A stretch of 64,000 bases of DNA from Bacillota bacterium (GTDB taxonomy: Bacteria; Bacillota; Ch66; Ch109): positions 64,001 through 128,000 of the forward strand of contig JBMNLH010000003.1 in assembly GCA_050952625.1 (NCBI GenBank). Direction: 5' to 3'. The first letter of the stretch is position 1, and each line of letters begins with the position of its first letter. Of this stretch, positions 38,805 to 48,618 are shown piece after piece. Under the pieces are notes generated by a model. It was not told the DNA's origin. It did not search any database and was given only the letters and a program-made list of their open reading frames with translations. The translations under genes were made by a program, and so were the position numbers.

Positions 38805-39046
38805 CCCTAGAATATATTAAAGCAGCCAAAAACTAAACTCAAAACCTTATTATTAAAAGCAAAACCGCTTTCTTGCCTAGTGGTTTGAAAACGGTGTTTG
38901 TCAACAGTCTGATCTTCATCAAAATAGTAATTATAATAGGCATGATCGCCCCGGTTTTCTTGCCAATGAAAAAATCGCGTATTAATTTAACCGCTTAAGA
39001 ATAACAACTTCCTCTTCCTGGGTGGATAAACGTTTGTCAATTTCTT

Positions 39047-39625
39047 TTAATAATTTATAGATACATGATTTCTTAACCTCTTTAACCATTCTATTTTTGC
39101 TTTTTGAATTTCAATTCCGTACTCAATAATAAAAACGCGAAACTGATCAACCTTTTTATTTAACATACTGTCCCGGGCCTTAACAAAGTTCGTATATTTC
39201 TCTTCCATCAGTTTAAGCTGGCGATCTAGTTTTTCTAAAACTTCCTGATTACTTAACTTATTAAAATGATTTACCTTATTCAGGAAAGCATACTTGCTAT
39301 AGAAATCATAACGAATATTCTCGTTTTCTTCAGTATCTGATCTCAACCAGTTATCAAAATCTGCTTCCCCTAGGGGAGTAATTTTGATTAGTTTACGGTT
39401 GGGGGTTTTGTCTTGTTGAACGACTTCCCGAACAATTAAACCTTCCTCTTCCATCTTTTTGATCAAAGTATACAACTGTCCTTTATTTATTTCCGGGCCT
39501 TGTTCGGCAAAGTCTCGCTGCACAACCCGCAGTATATCGTAACCATACGCGGGAAACTCCTTGACTAATCCTAGGATCATGTACTTCAAACTCACTACTT
39601 TAACCCCCATGTATATTAATCTCAA
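39047..39625 (-). CDS. PadR-family transcriptional regulator
   Basis: LKYMILGL, YGYDI, GQLY, Q...PNRK...IT..G...F..WL. Confidence 0.9.
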   Translation of the reverse strand: MRLIYMGVKVVSLKYMILGLVKEFPAYGYDILRVVQRDFAEQGPEINKGQLYTLIKKMEEEGLIVREVVQQDKTPNRKLIKITPLGEADFDNWLRSDTEENENIRYDFYSKYAFLNKVNHFNKLSNQEVLEKLDRQLKLMEEKYTNFVKARDSMLNKKVDQFRVFIIEYGIEIQKAKIEWLKRLRNHVSINY

Positions 39626-39875
39626 TCTATTTCCTAATTAATATAAATTGTTATTTGATTAAAGTCAAATCATTTAACAAAGGTATTGACATTTTACAAG
39701 AAATGCCTGTATGATATTTATATACTATATTATAACTATACTAGTCAAGGCACTACTACCTTCAAAGATTACGGCTGTTAACAGAAAAATATGTATCAAC
39801 TTCGACCAAAAAGCTAGTCATTTTCATCCGTGGTTGTGCCTAGCGGACATGGGTGGTTAGTAGCTAAAAACTGTG

Positions 39876-39981
39876 AACCGCAGGCACTACGGAGATAGCT
39901 GTGGACTTTTGTAAGATTTTTGCTTCCGAAAGCTGAAAGCAATGAAACAGGAATCCCGCTAAATTTTCGTGAGAGGTTGAA
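39876..39981 (+). mobile_element. Degenerate IS605/TnpB right-end (omegaRNA-like) remnant
   Basis: aaccgcaggcactacggagatagc ... caggaatccc...gagaggttgaa resembles, from memory, Firmicute tnpB 3' ends (ACCGxAGGxACTxCGGGGATAGC...GAATCCC...GAGGTTCA). Confidence 0.5.
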
Positions 39982-40011
39982 TGGTAAATCATTTAATGGG
40001 GAGGGGTTTTA

Positions 40012-41085
40012 ATGCATCATTATCACAAACTTCAGGAATTGCTTAATACTCATCCAGTTGGTGCCCCCAAAAGTGAAGAATTTATAGAAATCTTAAAAAT
40101 CCTCTTTCAACCGGGGGAAGTTGAACTAGCTTTAATGCTGGACTTTAAGTTAAAAAAAGCTACCGAAATAGCTAAGGAAGCGAATATTCCCCCAGAAGAG
40201 GCTGTCCAAAAACTTGAAGCCATGGCGGACAGAGGATCCATTCTAGCCAAGACAGTTAAGGGTGAACCGGCTTATGCTCTTCTTCCCAATTACCCGGGAT
40301 TGTTTGAGTACCCCGTTATGAAAGGTGGGGATAGGGCTACCCAGGCTAAACTGGCTCAGCTTTGGCAAGCTTACTACATGAAAGCGATGGCGGCAGAATT
40401 ATCTCTGGCTAACCCACCCTGGTTAAGGGTTGTCCCAGTCGAGGAAGCCATAACAGAAGAATTCGAGATTCTGCCTTTTGAAGCAGCCTCGCAGATGATG
40501 TCGACAGCAAAAAAGATTGCTCTCGGCAATTGTCCTTGCCGGACCACTGAGCAAAAGTGTGACAGACCTATCAATGTATGTTTGGCTTTTAATGGCGCAG
40601 CTGATTTTATGGCCGAAAGGGGAATAGCCAGGGAAATATCACTTGACGAAGCAATCGAAGTTTTGAAAAGAGCGGAAGAAGCAGGGCTGGTGCACTCTGG
40701 TAGTAATAATCAAAATGATCTTCTTTTTATCTGCAACTGCTGCCCTTGCTGCTGTCATATGCTAAGGCTGATAACAGAACATAATAACCCTAACGGATTA
40801 GCTAAATCCAGTTATTTGGCCAAAATAGATGCCCCTGAATGTATCGGGTGCGGAATATGCGCAGAAGAACGTTGCCCGGTCAAGGCGATAGAAATGAGAG
40901 AGGATATCGCGATACTGAATAACGATAAGTGTATTGGTTGCGGTCTCTGCGTCTCAAAATGCCCGACTAACGCTATTTCCCTGATAAAGCGCGGCAACTA
41001 TGAGTACCCACCAGAAACGGTGAAGGAGCTGTCTATTAGGGTGGTAAAAAACAAGAAGCAGGCTCTAATCAATCCCATAGGATAA
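40012..41085 (+). CDS. 4Fe-4S dicluster-containing oxidoreductase-associated protein
   Basis: CPCR, AEEAGLVH, ICNCCPCCC, two CxxCxxCxxxCP-type ferredoxin motifs. Confidence 0.9.
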   Translation: MHHYHKLQELLNTHPVGAPKSEEFIEILKILFQPGEVELALMLDFKLKKATEIAKEANIPPEEAVQKLEAMADRGSILAKTVKGEPAYALLPNYPGLFEYPVMKGGDRATQAKLAQLWQAYYMKAMAAELSLANPPWLRVVPVEEAITEEFEILPFEAASQMMSTAKKIALGNCPCRTTEQKCDRPINVCLAFNGAADFMAERGIAREISLDEAIEVLKRAEEAGLVHSGSNNQNDLLFICNCCPCCCHMLRLITEHNNPNGLAKSSYLAKIDAPECIGCGICAEERCPVKAIEMREDIAILNNDKCIGCGLCVSKCPTNAISLIKRGNYEYPPETVKELSIRVVKNKKQALINPIG

Positions 41086-41307
41086 TCTTCGCGCTAATTT
41101 GCCTAAATAATTCATCAAGCCAAAGCTTCCAATCTTTGATACTATTAAATTCAACTTTCCGACGTTTTCATCTTCTATATATACTTCATGTTCCTTAGGA
41201 GTTAACGTAGCTAAGATTAATAAGGCAATGGAAGGTGACATAACCCTTTTAAACTCAGAGTCCATCGGCCTTAATGTCATTTTGGGGGAAATCAATTTTA
41301 TTTTCAT
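41065..41307 (-). pseudogene. B12-binding radical SAM gene reduced to fused N- and C-termini
   Basis: N-terminus MKIKLISP...PSIALLILATLTP..HEV.I.DEN is typical of that family; only 80 aa and no CxxxCxxC. Confidence 0.65.
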
Positions 41308-41330
41308 ATAGACCTCGAATATATGTCATG

Positions 41331-41552
41331 TTATTTGGATTCTCTTTTATATTCTAAAATATCTCCAGGCTGACATTCTAAAGCCTTACAAATTGCCTCT
41401 AGAGTTGATAATCGAATCGCTTTTGCCTTTCCATTTTTCAAGATAGAAAGGTTAGCCATCGTTATTCCAACCCTCTCCGAAAGTTCGGTGACGCTCATTT
41501 TCCTTTTAGCCAGCATCACATCGATATTGATTATTATCGCCATGTTATTCAC
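41331..41552 (-). CDS. XRE HTH regulator (YozG-like)
   Basis: LDVML-like start, GITMANLSILKNGKAKAIR.STL..IC..L.CQPGDILEY. Confidence 0.92.
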   Translation of the reverse strand: MNNMAIIINIDVMLAKRKMSVTELSERVGITMANLSILKNGKAKAIRLSTLEAICKALECQPGDILEYKRESK

Positions 41553-41553
41553 C

Positions 41554-42029
41554 TCAAACCGTTAAATCATTTTCTGATTTTATATCTATGGCATTTTGTA
41601 ATAGCTTTTGAAGAACAGCAGCAAAGACTGCATCCACCATTGAAGCAAAAATAATGACCATTCCGATTAGTATGACCCCTGGGGCGTCGTCTATCTCCGC
41701 CAGTAGAAAGAAGAGTGGCATGCCTACTACATACAAAATACTGATTGTAATTGCACAGTTTCTTATATTTTTTAACGCAGTTACAGATAATTCCGAGAAC
41801 GCTTTGTTCCGGTCAATATAGCTTAACAGTCTGAAGGTCTGATACAGAGCAAAGAAAAACGGTATCGCCGTAGCATACAAAAAATTAAAATGAGATATGA
41901 CAAACAAGCTAACTCCGGATTCAATTCTGCCGCTCTATTTGCTATCCAAGGCAACCAAAAACAAAAACCAAGAATCGGAATTCCAATAAGAAAAACAACT
42001 ACCTTTAAAAAGAGTGTTTCTCGTTTCAT
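41554..42029 (-). pseudogene. DUF2975 (YoaS-like) membrane protein, frameshifted
   Basis: MKRETLFLKV... (41823-42029) and ...AFSELSV.ALK.I...AIDIKSENDLTV (41554-41907) lie in different frames. Confidence 0.85.
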
Positions 42030-42279
42030 AAAAGCACCTCGCTAATTTAGTGTTAAATTAATTTTACCACAGATTTATTGTTTTGCAATAAATTATTATC
42101 ATTTTGCAATATTTTTTTATTGTCTCTTGATTATCCAACATCTACAACATTTGGCCATTTTAAACTGTAAATATAATCCATTCTCAATTAAAACGGATAT
42201 ATACTTTTTCTCACTTTTATTGTGGGTGATGATATATAATTATAATATAGTGTGATAGCAAACTGGAAGGAGAAAGCAT

Positions 42280-43179
42280 ATGTACGACAATATTATTGAT
42301 ACCATTGGTCATACACCGCTTGTTAAGATTAGTAAGTTAAACCCCAAGCCGCATATCCCGCTTTACGCAAAGCTGGAGGGTTTTAACCCAACGGGGAGCA
42401 TTAAAGATCGTATTGCCATAAAAATGATCGAGCAGGCAGAAGAAAGCGGCGTTCTCACTCCGGGCAAAACAATAATCGAGCCTACCTCCGGCAATACCGG
42501 AATTGGTCTGGCAATGATCGGTGCCGTAAAAGGGTATGCGGTTGAAATCGTCATGAGTGAAGCAGTTTCCGTTGAACGCCGCAAGATGATTGAGGCTTTT
42601 GGAGCTAAGACTACTCTTACGGATGCTTCCCAAGGCACGGATGGGGCCATTAGGAAAGCCCATGAACTTTGCCGCAGCTATCCGGATAAATACTTTATGC
42701 CCAACCAGTTTTCTAATGAATATAATAAACTGACTCATTATAAAACTACCGCCCATGAAATCTGGGAGGACACTGGGGGCAAGGTTACCCATATCGTTTC
42801 CGCTCTTGGCACCTCAGGAACCATCATGGGAATAGGGATGGGATTAAAAGCCAAAAATCCTGATATTCAGATTGTTGAGGCACATCCTGTTCGGGGCCAT
42901 TACATCCAAGGCCTCAAAAACATGCAAGAAGCCATAGTCCCGGCAATCTATAATCCGGCTCAGATCGACCGAAGGGTGATGATTGAATCTGAGGCTGCGT
43001 TTGCGATGGCCCGAACCATTGTGGCGCAGGAAGGCATCTTTGTGGGTATGAGCAGCGGAGCAGCCATGGTGGCCGCACTCGAATGCATCAAAGACATAGA
43101 AGAAGGCTTTGTGGTGGTAATATTTCCCGACCGGGGAGAAAAATACCTGAGTACGGGTTTATTTCATCTGGCCCCTTAA
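42280..43179 (+). CDS. cysK: Cysteine synthase (O-acetylserine sulfhydrylase, CysK/CysM family)
   Basis: IGHTPLV, KLEGFNPTGSIKDR, EPTSGNTG, GTSGT, IQGL, PDRGEKYLST. Confidence 0.88.
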   Translation: MYDNIIDTIGHTPLVKISKLNPKPHIPLYAKLEGFNPTGSIKDRIAIKMIEQAEESGVLTPGKTIIEPTSGNTGIGLAMIGAVKGYAVEIVMSEAVSVERRKMIEAFGAKTTLTDASQGTDGAIRKAHELCRSYPDKYFMPNQFSNEYNKLTHYKTTAHEIWEDTGGKVTHIVSALGTSGTIMGIGMGLKAKNPDIQIVEAHPVRGHYIQGLKNMQEAIVPAIYNPAQIDRRVMIESEAAFAMARTIVAQEGIFVGMSSGAAMVAALECIKDIEEGFVVVIFPDRGEKYLSTGLFHLAP

Positions 43180-43302
43180 TCAGTGTTAATTAGCGGGCTC
43201 TAGTCGATACCCTCGGACAGTCTTCGCGATTTATTTTTTGCTATCCTAATAGATAACCTCCTGCGGAGATACTGAATAATCTGTAGCAGGAGGTGATTCA
43301 AT

Positions 43303-43527
43303 ATGCCTTGGCAAACGACTCTACAATATTTGATAAATCAACCTGTTGGCGTGTCCCTGGCTGACGGTACAGGTGTTTCGGGTATCCTTTGTAGCATCAA
43401 TCATAAAGAAATATACTTGCTGGAGTATTTATATCATACTCAATTTGCGCTAAAACACTACCCCCTCAACCTAATTCAGGATGTTCTTCCATTTCCATCA
43501 TGTAATACTCCAGGACCACTTTATTAA
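43303..43527 (+). CDS. Small hypothetical protein (74 aa)
   Basis: Strong AGGAGG RBS and a downstream terminator. Confidence 0.7.
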   Translation: MPWQTTLQYLINQPVGVSLADGTGVSGILCSINHKEIYLLEYLYHTQFALKHYPLNLIQDVLPFPSCNTPGPLY

Positions 43528-43550
43528 CTTGACCATAGGCAATTTCCTTG

Positions 43551-43576
43551 GAAGGAGTGTTGTGGAACACTCCTTC
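43551..43576 (+). terminator. Intrinsic terminator
   Basis: gaaggagtgtt-gtgg-aacactccttc perfect stem. Confidence 0.7.
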
Positions 43577-43712
43577 CTGTTATTTTCTAAAGCTTTTTGA
43601 ACCTGTACTAAACAAATGATGCAACAATACGATCGATATTTTTTGTGTTGAAAAAGTCGAGTATCGTTAAAGTAACTTGGGTATTATGTAGGTACGAAAA
43701 GGGGGTGAGATA

Positions 43713-44576
43713 ATGTTACGCGAATTAAATCATGTGATTGACTATATTGAAGACCATTTAACCGATGACCTATCTCTTGAAGTGATTTCTGAATATGCCG
43801 GGGTTTCTGACTATCACTTTAGAAAAATATTTTTCTATCTTTCAGGGTTGACGCTTAGTGAATATATCAAAAACAGAAAATTGTCGGAAGCAAATAAGGA
43901 TTTATTAGATGGGGAAAAAGTAACGGAAGTTGCTTTTAAATATGGTTATCAGTCAATGGACGGCTTTACTCGAGCCTTTAAAAAATGGAGTGGGTTTTTA
44001 CCGTCAGATGTAATAAAAAAAGGCATGAGCAAATCGTTTCCCAAACTTTCATTCGTAATAACCGTCAAAGGAGGAATTCCGATGGAATTTAGAATTGAAG
44101 ACAAACCAGCGTTTAATTTAGTCGGTGTAAGCAAACGTGTTCCTATGCAATTTGAAGGGGTTAATAACGAGATTGTTAAGCTTGCCGAAAGCATAACGGA
44201 CGAACAAAGAAAAGAAATGCATTCTCTGCAAAATATCGAGCCTTATGAAATTGTCAATGCTTCTTATGATGCTGACGCTAATTTCCTAAAAGAAGAAGGA
44301 GATTTAACTCATCTGATAGGTGTTTTAACGACCGAAAATCAAGTAAGTGATCTCTTAGAAAAAGTGCCGGTCGAAGCCGGCACCTGGGCAATATTTCCAA
44401 ACGAAGGACCATTCCCCGCTACGTTACAAAATACAATGGCCAGAATATATTCAGAATGGCTTCCTTCATCCAATTATGAAGTAATTAATGCCCCTACTTT
44501 TTCTTTTACGAAAATGGATGAACATAAAAAAGATTATGCTTATAGTGAAATTTGGATTCCGGTCCGGAAGAAATAA
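43713..44576 (+). CDS. AraC-family regulator with GyrI-like effector domain
   Basis: IDYIEDHL, EYIKNRKLS, KYGYQS..GFTRAFKK, IYSEWLP, EIWIPV. Confidence 0.92.
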   Translation: MLRELNHVIDYIEDHLTDDLSLEVISEYAGVSDYHFRKIFFYLSGLTLSEYIKNRKLSEANKDLLDGEKVTEVAFKYGYQSMDGFTRAFKKWSGFLPSDVIKKGMSKSFPKLSFVITVKGGIPMEFRIEDKPAFNLVGVSKRVPMQFEGVNNEIVKLAESITDEQRKEMHSLQNIEPYEIVNASYDADANFLKEEGDLTHLIGVLTTENQVSDLLEKVPVEAGTWAIFPNEGPFPATLQNTMARIYSEWLPSSNYEVINAPTFSFTKMDEHKKDYAYSEIWIPVRKK

Positions 44577-44605
44577 AAACCATGTTATTAGTTGCGGGAA
44601 CCCGA

Positions 44606-45290
44606 TTACTTTCCTACCGCTTTTGAAAGAGCATTATCCAGGTCAAAGATCAGGTCTTCAACATCCTCCACACCGATTGATAAACGAATTTGGTCTGGAG
44701 TTACTCCGGCCCTTTTCTGATCTTCCTCACTTAACTGCGAATGAGTCGTAGTGGCCGGGTGAATAACCAACGATTTGGCATCAGCCACGTTGGCCAAATT
44801 AGAGAAAAGTTCAAGACTGTTAAAGAAGCGTTTGGCAGTCTCTTTATCACCCTTTATCCCAAAAGTGAATATAGAACCGGCACCCCGTGGCAAATACTTT
44901 TGGGCTAAATCATATTACAGATTCAATATCTATAATATTAATGCCAGGATTTCCGATACTTTCTATAAAAATGGCCTTTGTTTTTTCAGTGATGGCCTTT
45001 CTGAAGTTCTCCGGCTCGTCCGGATCAACGAACACTGTCTTAATTCCGTATTTCGGCAGCGTATATTGGAATAGGTTATAAGTTCCGCCGTAAAGGGTGC
45101 TCGCGGCCACTATTTCCTCGCCGGCACCGGCAATATTCATGATCGAATAAGTGATGGCGGCCGAGCCGGAGGCCAGAGCTAACCCGGCGACCCCACCTTC
45201 CAGGGCGGCTAATCTTTGTTCAAAGACATCAGTTGTTGGATTCATGATTCTGGTGTATATATTGCCGGTTTCCTCCAGGGCAAAAAGCCT
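44606..45290 (-). pseudogene. O-acetylhomoserine sulfhydrylase (MetY-like) with internal deletion and truncated 5' end
   Basis: [24 protein letters not shown]...ESIGNP jumps to [11 protein letters not shown]...[18 protein letters not shown]; the PLP-lysine region is absent. Confidence 0.88.
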
Positions 45291-45853
45291 TTTCCCGGCA
45301 TTTGAAACAGGATTGCCGAATGGGTCAGGCTTTCCTTCAGAGAAGGCATAGCCTCATCCGGGGAGTAGAGCGCAAAAACATCTCCAAGCGGCAATCCGGC
45401 AGTGTGACAGAGGAGCCGCTTAACGGTCATACCATCCGACGGGTAGTCTGAAGCAGGCAACTTCCAGCTCTTGAGGTATCTTTCGGCAGGATCGTCCAGA
45501 TTCAGCTTCCCTTCCTCCGCCAGCTTCAGCACAGCCCACGCTGTTACCGATTTGGATATGGATTGAACGCGCATGGGCATGTCTACCGTCATTTTCTGTC
45601 CAGACTTTTGGTTGGCGTCGCCGTAGGCCGCCGTATATACAATCAGCCCGTCTCTAACAAGGGCAATACTAACTCCCGGTATTCCGTATAGCCCCATCAG
45701 CTTCGGAACTCTTAAATCCAGAAAAGCCGCGAATTCTTCCGTCGGGGAATGGGTCCTTATTTTTCTGTCTGGCAAATATAGGGCAAGAGCGGCCGCGCCA
45801 AAGAAGCCGATGGCGAAGGCAGCGATTATGAGGGTACTCATGGTGCGTTTCAT
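45242..45853 (-). pseudogene. Truncated serine hydrolase (beta-lactamase class C-like)
   Basis: IPGVSIA, SxxK (SISK), LLCHTAGL, PGKGF, then runs into metY sequence before the YSN motif. Confidence 0.85.
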
Positions 45854-46029
45854 GACGTTTTCTTTTTATACAGCATGGATATTGCTCCTAAGACCGCGCC
45901 CATACCGGCACCAGCGCAAAGCCATAAAATCAGATTTTGAAACAGCGCACCCAGCACAATACCAACCGCCGCGCACAGGCCGATAGATGTACCCATATTC
46001 CAGTAATCCGAAACCTTATACTTTTTCAT
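45850..46029 (-). CDS. Small glycine-rich membrane protein (59 aa)
   Basis: GGAGG RBS; MKKYKVSDYWNMGTSIGLCAAVGIVLGAL...KKKTS*; ATGA overlap with the serine hydrolase start. Confidence 0.7.
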   Translation of the reverse strand: MKKYKVSDYWNMGTSIGLCAAVGIVLGALFQNLILWLCAGAGMGAVLGAISMLYKKKTS

Positions 46030-46068
46030 TGTTATCCCTCCAATTCTACCCCACTATAAAATGACACA

Positions 46069-46116
46069 AATGCACACTCCTAGTCAATCGTTTAACGTTT
46101 TCAGGAGGTGTGCATT
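46069..46116 (-). terminator. Hairpin/terminator after the HMA gene
   Basis: aatgcacactcct...aggaggtgtgcatt. Confidence 0.55.
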
Positions 46117-46153
46117 CTTTGGGGTTCACATCTTGTTCAAGTGGATCGTCTCA

Positions 46154-46387
46154 TTATTTATCTTTAACTTGAGATTTGATGACTTCATATCCAAGTTTAG
46201 TGATAGCTTTTTCAACGTCTTCAACAGATATCTTGTCAGCATCAAAGTCAAATTTGACTTTGCTTGAGTTAAACAACACCTTTACGCTTTCTTTTTCCAC
46301 TCCGTTCAAAGATTTTGTAGCATTTTCAATCTTTTGGCTGCATGATGGGCAAGTTAACGTTTCTAATTGAATCGTTGCTTTTGGCAT
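46154..46387 (-). CDS. Heavy-metal-associated (HMA) domain metallochaperone
   Basis: MPKATIQLETLTCPSC..KIE, VKVLFNSSKVK, LGY; GGAGG RBS supports this start rather than the longer ORF. Confidence 0.88.
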   Translation of the reverse strand: MPKATIQLETLTCPSCSQKIENATKSLNGVEKESVKVLFNSSKVKFDFDADKISVEDVEKAITKLGYEVIKSQVKDK

Positions 46388-46404
46388 TTTCATCCCTCCA
46401 TTAT

Positions 46405-48258
46405 CTAGTATCTTAACCGGTAACGAAGAAGCCGCATACCATTTAAAATTACGGCTAGTATGCTTGCTTCGTGTACAAACATGCCTATCGACATGTTCAT
46501 CCATTCACTGAAAATTAGGCTTGTGAGCAGAGCTAACACAACTCCTACTGCGATAACAATATTTTGGCGCATATTATTAGCTGTTGCTTTTGTTAAACCA
46601 AGCGCATGTGGTAAGCGGCTAAAATCGGAATTCACTAGTACAACATCTGAGGTTTCAATCGCGACATCTGTGCCGCTTCCCATTGCAATGCCAATCTGTG
46701 CCAAAGCCAATGAAGGACTATCATTAACTCCGTCTCCAACGAATGCAACAATATGACCTTTAGCTTTCAACTCTTCAACATATGCCGACTTATCCCCCGG
46801 CAACATATGCCCGTGTGCTTCCGTCAGCCCCAATTCGCGCGCCACTAAATCAACTGTGCCCTGATTGTCTCCCGAAAGAAGGACCAGATTTTTAACCCCT
46901 AATATCTTTAATTTTTGAAGATCCTCTTTTACACCCGGGCGAATCTGGTCGCGAATGCCTATCAGTGCTTTTAATTCACTGTCGATGGATAATAAAACAA
47001 GTGAGTTTCCGTTCTTTTCAAACCGGGCAATATCTGCACGGGCCTTTTCGGTTAAATGAACATTTTCTCGCTCCATCAATGCAACATTGCCAACCGCAAC
47101 CTTATGCCCATTTACATGAGCGACAATTCCGCCACCCTTTACAACATCTGTTTTTTCAACCGGATATAATTTTGTAGCTCCGATGTGTTCTACAACAGCG
47201 TTGGCTAAGGGATGGTCTGATTCATTTTCAACGCTTGCAAGGTAATCTAATGCCTCTTCAACGTTGTCTGTGTAGAGTTCCTGGTCTGCTACTTTAGGAT
47301 TGCCTATGGTTAAGGTACCTGTTTTGTCAAAAACCATCGTATCAACCTTGCTAAAATCGCCGATAACTTCACTGCCTTTGAAAAGAACACCGTGCCTTGC
47401 TCCATTGCCAATGCCCGCTACGTTTGAAACCGGCACACCAATAACCAGTGCACCGGGGCATCCTAAGACTAATATGGTAATGGCCAATTCAATATTCCGC
47501 GAAAATAACCATACGATAATGGCGATTACTAATACTGCCGGGGTATAGTATTTAGAAAACCTGTCAATGAACCGTTCGGTTTCAGATTTTGAATCCTGCG
47601 CTTCTTCAACTAACTCAATTATTCTGCCAAAAGTAGTATCTTCACCTACACGGTCGGCAACAATTTGAAGCGTTCCATTTTCCAGAATCGTTCCGGCATA
47701 CACCTGTGAGTCTTTCTTTTTATCAACCGGAACAGACTCGCCGGTAATACTTGCCTCATTGATGTAACCTTCTCCTGACAAAACGGTTCCATCAACAGGA
47801 ACTTTCGCCCCGGTTTTAACCAGTAAAATATCACCTACGTCAACTTCATCCACTTCAACTTCTTCAAATTCGCCGTTTTCCATTTGTTTTAAAGCACTTT
47901 CCGGTGCCATTTCCGTTAACTCTTTAATGGCCGAACGCGTCTTGTTCAATGTGCGTTGTTCCAGAAAAGACCCAAATAAGAACAAAAACGTAACAATTGC
48001 TGATTCTTCAAGGTTCTTAATTAAGAATGCCCCAACAACCGCAATAGTTACCAAAACATCAATACTGACAACCTTAACCTTTAATGCTTGATAGGCTTGG
48101 ATTGCAATAGGTGCAACCCCTAATATTGAAGCGATAGCCAAGGACCAAATAGCTACAAATTCATTTTTAAAACCTAGTTCGCTGGTGAATCCAATGGCAA
48201 TTAAAACAGCACCAATCAAGGCTATATGGTTTTTTTTACTTAATATAAATCTCTGCAA
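46405..48258 (-). CDS. P1B-type heavy-metal ATPase
   Basis: ITGES, CPGAL, DKTGTLT, SDHP, GDGVND, HEAS. Confidence 0.95.
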   Translation of the reverse strand: MQRFILSKKNHIALIGAVLIAIGFTSELGFKNEFVAIWSLAIASILGVAPIAIQAYQALKVKVVSIDVLVTIAVVGAFLIKNLEESAIVTFLFLFGSFLEQRTLNKTRSAIKELTEMAPESALKQMENGEFEEVEVDEVDVGDILLVKTGAKVPVDGTVLSGEGYINEASITGESVPVDKKKDSQVYAGTILENGTLQIVADRVGEDTTFGRIIELVEEAQDSKSETERFIDRFSKYYTPAVLVIAIIVWLFSRNIELAITILVLGCPGALVIGVPVSNVAGIGNGARHGVLFKGSEVIGDFSKVDTMVFDKTGTLTIGNPKVADQELYTDNVEEALDYLASVENESDHPLANAVVEHIGATKLYPVEKTDVVKGGGIVAHVNGHKVAVGNVALMERENVHLTEKARADIARFEKNGNSLVLLSIDSELKALIGIRDQIRPGVKEDLQKLKILGVKNLVLLSGDNQGTVDLVARELGLTEAHGHMLPGDKSAYVEELKAKGHIVAFVGDGVNDSPSLALAQIGIAMGSGTDVAIETSDVVLVNSDFSRLPHALGLTKATANNMRQNIVIAVGVVLALLTSLIFSEWMNMSIGMFVHEASILAVILNGMRLLRYRLRY

Positions 48259-48289
48259 ACCCTCACCTTATTCTCCGTTTTGTGGTGAT

Positions 48290-48586
48290 TTAAGCATGAT
48301 ATGCCTTATCTATCTCGGCTAACATTCTGTAAACAGCCTCATAGCTTTCGCACACATCTCCGGGAACCGTGTAATTATTAGTGATCTCACGCAGCCTGGC
48401 AAACTCTTCGTTTAATACAGGTTTTTTGGTTCCTGCTTCTTTTGTTTTCTCTATAATTGTATCAAACAATTTACGAACTTCATGAAATTCCTGATGATTA
48501 CCTCCATGAACTCTTTCTACAATCGGCACATACTGTTTCAATGTCTGAAAATGCCTTTTTTTCGCCTCATTAAAGCTATTTGTCAT
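48290..48586 (-). CDS. Short RIC/ScdA-like (di-iron repair) protein
   Basis: RVHG..H, LREITNNYTVP.D.C.SY. Confidence 0.7.
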   Translation of the reverse strand: MTNSFNEAKKRHFQTLKQYVPIVERVHGGNHQEFHEVRKLFDTIIEKTKEAGTKKPVLNEEFARLREITNNYTVPGDVCESYEAVYRMLAEIDKAYHA

Positions 48587-48618
48587 TTTTGTCCCTCCTT
48601 ATTACAGACCATAGGATT

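Noticed and set aside
39982-39997. Putative omegaRNA guide matching AAATCATTTAA in the padR promoter copies
   Set aside because: Only an 11-nt AT-rich match, and the scaffold-proximal seed mismatches; may be chance or an ordinary operator.
46388-46504. N-terminal extension of the 116-aa HMA ORF
   Set aside because: It overlaps the ATPase 3' end, and the RBS supports a start at 46387.
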